Part shown: positions 54,976 through 63,600 of the stretch, one piece after another
Position numbering within the stretch: position 1 is the first letter of the stretch
Layout of the letters: every line of letters begins with the position of its first letter
DNA from: a virus
Direction: 5' to 3' (one strand)
DNA length: 64,000 nucleotides
IMG/VR virus record: IMGVR_UViG_3300020057_000001
Coordinates: 64,001-128,000 of that record
Program-made: the position numbers and the translations under genes
Notes under the pieces: model-generated
Told to the model about the DNA's origin: nothing
Databases searched by the model: none
What the model saw: the letters and a program-made list of their open reading frames with translations, nothing else

Positions 54976-57900
54976 GTGACCGTTGTGCAACCCACTCGCT
55001 TGTCTTCGCTGGTCCGTAAATTAAAAAATAAAGTGGTAGCGCGCAGGGAAAATACTTTACATCCTGACGTTCATGCACAACTCTGGTCGGAACCAGAGGC
55101 CGAAACGATGCAAAAGTCAGACAAGCTCCCACACTACCAAAAGTTTATGGGCACTCACCCTAAAGCTCAAGAAACAGCAAGCTGGGTGGATGATAATATA
55201 AGCCACCGAGGGTTGGCTGAATTTGGCATGAGGCAAGCCAAGACAAGACCAGAAGGGTTAGGCAACGAAGAAAAGTCTCAACTAAAGCACTTTAACGATT
55301 CCCTACACATGCCGGAAGTGAAAAAGGGCGCAGGAGAGTTGACGAAAGATCACACTTGGGAAAGTGGGATTGAAAAGTTAAACGCACATGAAGCGGCGTA
55401 CACTGAAAAACATAAAAAAATAGCACCCTCGCTTGTGCCTTCGGAAGGCGAAAAACTCCTTGACTTAGGCGAAGGCGTCGGCCTTTATAATCTACCTCTT
55501 GATGGTGCGCGCAAGAACAAACATGAAGCAGTGGGCATGGGTCACTGCGCTACTGCACTTGAGGGTGGTGATCTTTGGTCGATCCGCAAAGACCATGGCA
55601 ACGGGATGGTGGAACCTATGGTTACCCTTTCTCACGCGGATGGGTACGTAGGTGAAGTGAAGGGAAAACACAACTGGAAGCCTTCAGAAAAACACCACTC
55701 AGCTATTTTGAAAGTTTTGGCAAGTGACTTAGTAAAGGGTTTTGTTGGTGGCGGTTATGCGCCAGAAAGCAATTTTAGCTTAAATGACGTAAAACCTGAA
55801 TGGAAACAGAAGCTCACATCCGTTAAGCCTACGCTCATGCAAAAACCTTACATAGAAACGTTACCGCTACCATTTGCGGACGGGTATAACCACGAGCCCG
55901 ACGTCCCGACAATTGCAAAAATCAAAGACCCTGCAAAAATGCTTCGCCTCGCCCAAGCAAGCGAGCCCAAATCCGCTGTTCACAATTACTCAGCCAAAAA
56001 CCCCAACATTTCTCCCGAAGTTGCACAGCACTTAGCGCAAACAAACAACCCAGGCTCTAGGGTTCACGAAAACTTAGCCAAAAACCCCAACCTCTCTCCA
56101 GAAGTTGCACATCATTTAGTCCAAACAAACAAGCCCAGATCCGGCGTTCACGTTCTCTTAGCCGAAAACCCCAACCTTTCTCCAGAAGCTGTGAAGCACT
56201 TAGCCCAAACAAACGAGCCCGATTCGCCCGTTCACGGAATCTTAGCCGAAAACCCCAACCTTTCTCCCGAACTTGCGCAGCACTTAGCCCAAACAAACGA
56301 GCCCGATTACCCCATTCACAACAGCTTAGCCAAAAACCCCAACCTCTCTCCAGAAGTTGCACATCATTTAGCCCAAACAAACAAGCCCGATTCCGACGTT
56401 CACAAATACTTAGCCAAAAACCCCAACCTCCCACCAGAAGTTGCACAACATTTAGCCCAAACAAACAAGCCAGGGGCCTTCGTTCACGTACTCTTAGCCA
56501 AAAACCCCAACCTCTCTCCAGAACTCGCACATCATTTAGCCCAAACAGACAAGCCAGGGGCCTTCGTTCACAACAGCTTAGCTCAAAACCCCAACCTCTC
56601 TCCAGAACTCGCACATCATTTAGCCCAAACAAACAAGCCCGATTCCTCCGTTCACCTTGCCTTAGCCAAAAACCCCAACCTTTCTCCCGAACTTGCACAT
56701 CATTTAGCCCAAGCAAGCGGACCCGCATCCGGCGTTCACCTTGCCTTAGCCAAAAACCCCAACCTTTCTCCAGAACTCGCACATCATTTAGCCCAAGCAA
56801 ACGAGCCCGTATCCTCCGTTCACCTTCTCTTAGCCAAAAACCCCAACCTTTCTCCAGAAGCTGCGCAGCATTTAGCCCAAACAAACAAGCCCGATTCCTC
56901 CATTCACGCATACTTAGCTGAAAACCCCAACCTTTCTCCAGAAGCTGCGCAGCATTTAGCCCAAACAAACAAGCCCGATTCCGACGTTCACAACAGCTTA
57001 GCCCAAAACCCCAAATACGCACATCTTGCGTTATCCGCACCACGCCCTCAACAAGCTACGCACATCCAAAAACTTATCGGCATTCTCAACGACGAAAACG
57101 CTGATAGAGGTCTTCAACGTCAAGCCGCACAAGAAATTAAAACAAGAAGAGAAGAAGAACTGCAACACCGACTGTCTGACAAAGGCGATATGCAAGACCT
57201 CTTAAATTTAGCGGAATCTTCAGACGACGACGTGTCTGAAAAAGCCACTAAAGAAATTCAGAGAAGAAACCTACAAAAATCAATGCGTAAGTCCGAGAGC
57301 AAGGCCAAAACAAGTGTAGTAGCTAAGTTAAAAGCCAAAATAACTACAAAACCAAAAGACGCTCCGGTTCCTCCCCACGAGGTCATTGATTCAGGCATTT
57401 TGACGCCTTTCCATCAAACGTTAATTATGCACGGATCAAAAGTCTCATTAAAAGAAGCACGCGTCGGGCATTCAGAAGTAAACCCTAGCAGTAATAAGGA
57501 GCGGGCGGTGAATAAGGATCTTAAAAAGGGCGATATCGTTGGTGGAAACCCTGAAGCAAAAGAAAAACTAGCACTCACGAACGAAAACAGGGTGTCTTCG
57601 AGCCCCGCCGCGATTGGTGCATATAAAAAACCATTTCAATTTACACAGCGCGACGGGGCTAGTGGACGGCGCGTTAACGTACAAACCAGCAGTGGTAAAA
57701 ATATCATGTCACATTTTGACCATGCGGCGCATCAAGACTTCAGCTCTGCGGATCACAAAGAAGCCGCCGTTGCCCACCAGAGACACCTTATTGAGTTAAA
57801 GGAGGGTCGACCGCACCCAGACCTTCTAAAGTTTCATCAAGACCAGTACAAAAACCATTGGCAGCAACACCAAGATCTAAAGAACCGGAGTAACACGATG

Positions 57901-58125
57901 TTAGGTAAGTCCTTAAAGGCAAAGTTTCTCAAAAAGGCTTCTCTTGACAAATCACAGACTTTAAGCCATTCTTCAGCGCCTAAGCTTTCCAAGTCCTCCA
58001 CGCTGGGACAGAGAATCAAGGCTGCTCTGGCAAGTCCTGAGATGCCGACCTTTCCACGGAACCACCACTCCGAAGTGCCTCACCATGACCCCCGAGACGT
58101 AAAATATTTTGATATCGAGGAATAA
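54976..58125 (+). CDS. Polyvalent protein: PcfJ-like domain + 28-aa helical (LRV/HEAT-like) repeats + further xxKS-separated modules
   Basis: EAVGMGHC..LWSIR..EPMVT..GEVKGKHN (PcfJ-like); 12 AKNPNLSPE..HLAQ repeats. Confidence 0.7.
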   Translation: MTVVQPTRLSSLVRKLKNKVVARRENTLHPDVHAQLWSEPEAETMQKSDKLPHYQKFMGTHPKAQETASWVDDNISHRGLAEFGMRQAKTRPEGLGNEEKSQLKHFNDSLHMPEVKKGAGELTKDHTWESGIEKLNAHEAAYTEKHKKIAPSLVPSEGEKLLDLGEGVGLYNLPLDGARKNKHEAVGMGHCATALEGGDLWSIRKDHGNGMVEPMVTLSHADGYVGEVKGKHNWKPSEKHHSAILKVLASDLVKGFVGGGYAPESNFSLNDVKPEWKQKLTSVKPTLMQKPYIETLPLPFADGYNHEPDVPTIAKIKDPAKMLRLAQASEPKSAVHNYSAKNPNISPEVAQHLAQTNNPGSRVHENLAKNPNLSPEVAHHLVQTNKPRSGVHVLLAENPNLSPEAVKHLAQTNEPDSPVHGILAENPNLSPELAQHLAQTNEPDYPIHNSLAKNPNLSPEVAHHLAQTNKPDSDVHKYLAKNPNLPPEVAQHLAQTNKPGAFVHVLLAKNPNLSPELAHHLAQTDKPGAFVHNSLAQNPNLSPELAHHLAQTNKPDSSVHLALAKNPNLSPELAHHLAQASGPASGVHLALAKNPNLSPELAHHLAQANEPVSSVHLLLAKNPNLSPEAAQHLAQTNKPDSSIHAYLAENPNLSPEAAQHLAQTNKPDSDVHNSLAQNPKYAHLALSAPRPQQATHIQKLIGILNDENADRGLQRQAAQEIKTRREEELQHRLSDKGDMQDLLNLAESSDDDVSEKATKEIQRRNLQKSMRKSESKAKTSVVAKLKAKITTKPKDAPVPPHEVIDSGILTPFHQTLIMHGSKVSLKEARVGHSEVNPSSNKERAVNKDLKKGDIVGGNPEAKEKLALTNENRVSSSPAAIGAYKKPFQFTQRDGASGRRVNVQTSSGKNIMSHFDHAAHQDFSSADHKEAAVAHQRHLIELKEGRPHPDLLKFHQDQYKNHWQQHQDLKNRSNTMLGKSLKAKFLKKASLDKSQTLSHSSAPKLSKSSTLGQRIKAALASPEMPTFPRNHHSEVPHHDPRDVKYFDIEE
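55993..57000 (+). repeat. 12 x 84-bp in-frame tandem repeat
   Basis: Consensus AKNPNLSPExAxHLAQTNxPxxxVHxxL. Confidence 0.95.
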
Positions 58126-58127
58126 AA

Positions 58128-60635
58128 GTGGAAAAGTTAGCAAAAGCTGGGTTTACACAACTGAAACAGATGTTTGCGGAAACCAACGATCACGACCACG
58201 TCGTAAAATGGGCTGCTGACAGCATCAAACCTAACGACATGCAGTCTTGGTACTTGCGCAACTATAAGCAAAATCCGGCTATTCACACAAAGGCCAACCA
58301 AGAAAAAATCGCACATTTTTCTGGAATGCATGGTCTTTCTGAGGATATCAAAAACGTTAAATTAGATAAAAACGACACGTTAGAATCAGGTTTAGCGAAA
58401 TACGATCAGGCTGAAAAAAAATGGCAATCCAGTAGTGGGAGCCGTTTTACTGCTCCAGAAGGTAAGAAGATCGTTGACCTTGGTAACAACATGGGTTGGT
58501 ACAATCTCAAAAAGCCTACGTCAGATGAAGAGGCTAGCTGCATGGGACATTGTGGAAATTATGGAAATCCTCACGAAAAAGACCAAATTTTTTCTTTGCG
58601 AAAAGAAGTAAAAGTTGGAAACAAGACCTATCACGAGCCTATGTCAACTGCCATTTACAATAAAGGTTGGCTGGGGGAAATGAAAGGTCGAGCAAATTCT
58701 CGTCCAGGTGCGAAGTTTCATGAACACTATGCGGCACTGTTGAAACACCCTAAAATCAAAGGGTTAATCGGGGCGGGGCATAAACCACACGAAAATTTTC
58801 ATTTCGACGACCTAAGCCCAGAACTTCAACAGCAAGTCAAAACAGCAAACCCAAAGATGGTGGACTTAAGAAGTAATGCTTGGGACACAGCAACAAAACA
58901 TAAAGCCACAGCGTCCGTTCCGAAAATTGAAAAGTATCAGAGCACTGTCAAAGACATTCACCGATCGACTGAACTGAAAGATCAATTGGATCAGGGACAT
59001 CCAATGGACGCTCTTGACCCAAACGACTTAAGACTAGTCGTTGATCATCCAGCTTTTCAAAAAGGGCACCTTGACAAATTAGTAAAGGGTCTAGCGGATC
59101 AAAAAGGCATCAAGGATGTGTATTCAAAACTCCAAGCATATGGCGCTATTGAGAGATCCCCACATTTAAACGACCAGCACATCGACCACTTAATCGATTC
59201 AGATGAAACGGCTAACACAGCTCAATTATTAAGAAAAAAACTCAACCAAAGCCACGTAGACAACATCGTTCAAAAAGCTCCTGCCATGGCAGCAGAACAG
59301 TTAAAAGACCACCGTCTGTTAAACCAAAGCCACATAACCCATATTGTTAAAGAATACCCCGGTAGAGCAGCCCTATATTTAAACAACCACCCCCTCTTAA
59401 ACGCAACCCACATAGACCAAATTGCTCAAAAAGCACCCCACGCAGCAGCCGTACATTTAAAAGACCACCCCCTTCTCAACGCAAGCCACATAGACCACAT
59501 TGTCCGACAAGAACCCAGAGAAGCAGCGAAACATTTAAAAGACCACCCCCTCTTAAACGCAAGCCACATAGACCGTATTGCGCAAGACGAACCCTTCGCC
59601 GCAGCAAGACATTTAACCGACCACCCCGTCTTCAACGCAAGCCACATAGACCGTATTGTCCAACAAGACCCCGCTTCCGCCGCCGCAAATTTAAAAGACC
59701 ACCCCCTCTTTAACCAAAGCCACCTAGACCAAATTGTTCAAGGCAACTCCGGCGCAGCAGCCGTACATTTAAAAGACCACCCCCTTCTCAACGCAAGCCA
59801 CATAGACCGTATTGTTCAAAAAGAACCCGGCACAGCAGCCTACCATTTAAACAACCACCCCCTCTTCAACGCAAGCCACATAACCCAGCTTGCCCAAAAA
59901 GACCCCAACGCCGCAGCCCTATATTTAAATAATCACCGCCTCTTCAACCAAAGCCATATAGACCACATTGTTCAAGAGCACCCCAACGCAGCGCTAGAGT
60001 ATTTAAGAAAACACCCCCTTCTCAACGTAAGCCACATAACCCATATTGCCCAAAAAGAACCCGGCGCAGCCGCCCAATATTTAAACGACCACCCTCTCTT
60101 CAACGCAAGCCATATAGACCACATTGTTCAACAAGACCCCTATAGAGCAGCTGGATTTTTAAACGACCACCCCCTCTTTAACCAAAGCCACATAACCCAT
60201 ATTGTTCAAGAAGCACCCCACATAGCAGCCGAATATTTAAAAGACCACCCCCTTCTCAACCAAAGCCATATAGACCACATGGTTCAAGAAGCACCCTTCA
60301 GAGCAGCCGCATATTTAAAAGACCACCCCCTTCTCAACCAAAGCCATATAGACCACATTGTTCAAGAAGCACCCCACATAGCAGCCGAATATTTAAAAGA
60401 CCACCCCCTCTTTGCAGAAGCTATGAGACGCGCTAAAGCTAAAAAAGTACAGAAACCCGAAGCAACTGCTCCGCTAACCAAATCTGAGAAAAACTTAAAG
60501 AGCGTCGTTCAAAAATTGAAACGTAAGGCTACACCACAAACACCAGACACAGCGTTCGAAGCCCAAACCGCTAGGAAAAACCTTCTCAGTAGTATAGCAT
60601 CCAAACTGAAGAAGATACCCGCTGGCCCAACTTGA
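58128..60635 (+). CDS. PcfJ-like domain + 26-aa helical repeat protein (paralog A)
   Basis: EASCMGHCGN..IFSLRK..EPMST..GEMKGRAN; 15 repeats of (L/F)NQSHIDHIVQxxPxxAAxxLKDHPL. Confidence 0.75.
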   Translation: MEKLAKAGFTQLKQMFAETNDHDHVVKWAADSIKPNDMQSWYLRNYKQNPAIHTKANQEKIAHFSGMHGLSEDIKNVKLDKNDTLESGLAKYDQAEKKWQSSSGSRFTAPEGKKIVDLGNNMGWYNLKKPTSDEEASCMGHCGNYGNPHEKDQIFSLRKEVKVGNKTYHEPMSTAIYNKGWLGEMKGRANSRPGAKFHEHYAALLKHPKIKGLIGAGHKPHENFHFDDLSPELQQQVKTANPKMVDLRSNAWDTATKHKATASVPKIEKYQSTVKDIHRSTELKDQLDQGHPMDALDPNDLRLVVDHPAFQKGHLDKLVKGLADQKGIKDVYSKLQAYGAIERSPHLNDQHIDHLIDSDETANTAQLLRKKLNQSHVDNIVQKAPAMAAEQLKDHRLLNQSHITHIVKEYPGRAALYLNNHPLLNATHIDQIAQKAPHAAAVHLKDHPLLNASHIDHIVRQEPREAAKHLKDHPLLNASHIDRIAQDEPFAAARHLTDHPVFNASHIDRIVQQDPASAAANLKDHPLFNQSHLDQIVQGNSGAAAVHLKDHPLLNASHIDRIVQKEPGTAAYHLNNHPLFNASHITQLAQKDPNAAALYLNNHRLFNQSHIDHIVQEHPNAALEYLRKHPLLNVSHITHIAQKEPGAAAQYLNDHPLFNASHIDHIVQQDPYRAAGFLNDHPLFNQSHITHIVQEAPHIAAEYLKDHPLLNQSHIDHMVQEAPFRAAAYLKDHPLLNQSHIDHIVQEAPHIAAEYLKDHPLFAEAMRRAKAKKVQKPEATAPLTKSEKNLKSVVQKLKRKATPQTPDTAFEAQTARKNLLSSIASKLKKIPAGPT
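59241..60410 (+). repeat. 15 x 78-bp in-frame tandem repeat
   Basis: Counted from the translation; 15 x 78 = 1170 bp fits exactly. Confidence 0.95.
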
Positions 60636-60691
60636 ATAGGCTACTCAACCTTGACCCGAGACGTAAAATATTTTGATATCGAGGAGTAAAA

Positions 60692-63600
60692 GTGGAAAAG
60701 TTAGCAAAAGCTGGGTTTACACAACTGAAACAGATGTTTGCAGATTCGGACGATCACGACCACGTCGTTAAGTGGGCTGCTGACAGCATCAAACCAAACG
60801 ACATGCAGTCTTGGTACTTGCGAAATTACAAACAAAATCCGGCTATTCACACAACGGAAAACCAAGAAAAAATTGCACATTTTTCGGGAATGCATGGTCT
60901 TTCCGAGGATATCAAAAACGTTAAGCTGGACAAGAACGACACGTTAGAATCAGGTTTAGCGAAATACGATCAGGCCGAGAAAAAATGGCAATCCAGTAGT
61001 GGGAGCCGTTTCACGGCTCCAGAAGGTAAGAAGATCGTTGAGCTTGGGAACGGTATGGGTTGGTACGATTTAAAGAAGCCGGTGTCAAGTGAAGAGGCTA
61101 ACTGCATGGGCCATTGTGGAAATTCGGGAAATCCTCACGAAAAAGACCAAATTTTTTCTTTGCGAAAAGAAGTAAAAGTCGGAAATAAAACGTACCACGA
61201 GCCCATGTCAACTGCTATTTACAATAAGGGTTGGTTAGGCGAAATGAAAGGTCGAGCCAATTCTCGTCCAGGTGAAAAGTTTCATGAACACTACGCGGCA
61301 CTCCTAAAGCACCCTAAAATCAAAGGGTTAATCGGTGCGGGGCATAAACCACAAGAAAATTTTCATTTCGACGACTTGAGCCCAGAACTTCAACAACAAG
61401 TCAAAACAGCAAATCCGGCAATGGTGGACTTAAGAAGTAATGCTTGGGACACAGCAACAAAATACAAAGCCACGGCGTCCGTTCCTAAAATTAAAAAATA
61501 TCAGCATACTGTCAAAGACATTCACCGATCCACGGAACTGAAAGATCAATTGGATCAGGGACATCCAATGGACGCGCTCAAGTCAAGCGACTTAAGACTA
61601 GTCGTTGACCATCCAGCTTTTCAAAAAGGACACCTTGACAAATTAGTAAAAGGTATAGCTAACCAAAAAGGCATCAAGGATGTGTATTCAAAACTCCAAG
61701 CCTACGGTGCTATTGAAAGATCTCCGCATTTAAACGACCAACACATCGACCACTTAATCGATTCAGATGAGATCGCTAACACAGCGCAACTATTAAGAAA
61801 AAAACTCAACCAAAGCCACGTAGATAGCATTGTGCAAAAAGCTCCCGTCATGGCAGCAAAACAGTTAAAAGACCACCGTCTGTTAAACCAAAGCCACGTA
61901 GACCACATTGTTCAAAAAGCCCCTGGCATGGCAGCGGAATATTTAAACGACCACCCCCTCTTCAACGCAAGCCACATAGACCACATTGCTCAAAAATACC
62001 CCTCCAAAGCAGCTGGATATTTAAACGACCACCCCCTCTTCAACCAAAGCCACCTAGACCATATTGTTCAAGAGTACCCCAACGCAGCCGAATATTTAAA
62101 AGACCACCCCCTATTCAACCAAAGCCACGTAGATAGCATTGTGCAAACAGACCCCGGCATGGCAGCAGAACAGTTAAAAGACCACCGTCTCTTTAATCAA
62201 AGTCATATAGACCGTATTGCGCAAGAATCACCCTACTCAGCAGCAGAACAGTTAAAAGACCACCCCCTTCTCAACCAAAGCCACATAGACCACATTGTTC
62301 AAGAAAACCCCCGCGTAGCCGCCCAATATTTAAATAAGCACCTCCTCCTCAACCAAAGCCACATAGACCACATTGTTCAACAAGACCCCCGCTTAGCAGC
62401 CTCCCGTTTAAAAGACCACCCCCTTTTCAACCAAAGCCACATAACACATATTGTTCAACAAGAACCCAGCGAAGCAGCGGAACAGTTAAAAGACCACCCC
62501 CTTCTCAACCAAAGCCACATAGACCACATTGTTCAAGAAAACCCCCGCGTAGCCGCCCAATATTTAAATAAGCACCTCCTCCTCAACCAAAGCCACATAG
62601 ACCATATTGTCCAAAAAGAACCCAGCAAAGCAGCCTACCGTTTAAAAGACCACCCACTCTTCAACGCAAGCCACGTAGATCACATTGTCCAAAACGTCCC
62701 CTATTCCGCAGTCGAGGCTTTACAAAACCACCCCCTCCTCAACCAAAGCCACATAGACCACCTTGTTCAACAAGTACCCCACATAGCAGCCGAATATTTA
62801 AAAGACCACCCCCTCTTTGCAGAAGCTGTGAGACGAGCCGAAGCTAAAAAAGTACAGAAATCCGAAGCAACTGCTCCGCTAACCAAATCTGAGAAAAACT
62901 TAAAAAGCGTCGTTCAAAAATTGAAACGTAAGGCTACACCGCAAAAGCCTTGGAACCCAGAATCATACGGGTATGACGACGGCTCCGACGATGTTTACAA
63001 TGACATCGACGACGCGGTAGATCATCACAACCTATCCGCAAACCGTCGTATGGAAAGATATCAGGAAATAAATCCGGAACACACAGAAAAAATGATGGAC
63101 CCGAGTGAGTTAATTCCCTCTGCGCACCTACCTCAAACGTCAGGTTGGTTAAAGCAGCACCCGGAGCAAGAGTGGATCAATCGCTTGAAAGAGCAATTTC
63201 CAGATCGAGATTTCGCTCACACTTTAGACAAAAAGAATAAAAAAGCGTTATCGCCAGCCATCACCATCAACGGTGAACTTGCGGACGGTTATGGACGAGC
63301 CCACCTTGCGCATGCCCTTGGTGAGCACTTACCGACGTATGATTATAAAAGAAAATTACAAAAATCCATCGTAGGCGTACCGCAAATGAAAAAATCCAAC
63401 GACCTTGCCCAAGACCTTAAGAAACAGGGCGCAAAAGACCCCAAAGCCATACTTCAAACGCAAAAAGAAAAAGAAGACCTAAAGAAAGGCGACGTAGTAA
63501 CTTTAGGCGCAAAAATCAAAGCAAAGATCAAAGCAAAAAAAGAAAGCTCTTCCACGGAAGCGTCAACGGTAAAACGGCTTTCCCCGGAAGAGCAATTGGC

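Noticed and set aside
56057-57043. 328-aa minus-strand ORF
   Set aside because: Antisense shadow of the 84-bp repeat; no RBS or independent signal.
55993-62815. Repeat arrays as CRISPR arrays
   Set aside because: Units are 78 or 84 bp, in frame inside long ORFs, with codon-level variation rather than unique spacers; no cas genes in the window.
58128-62815. Diversity-generating retroelement TR/VR pair
   Set aside because: No reverse transcriptase in the window, both copies are coding, and the differences are not confined to adenines.
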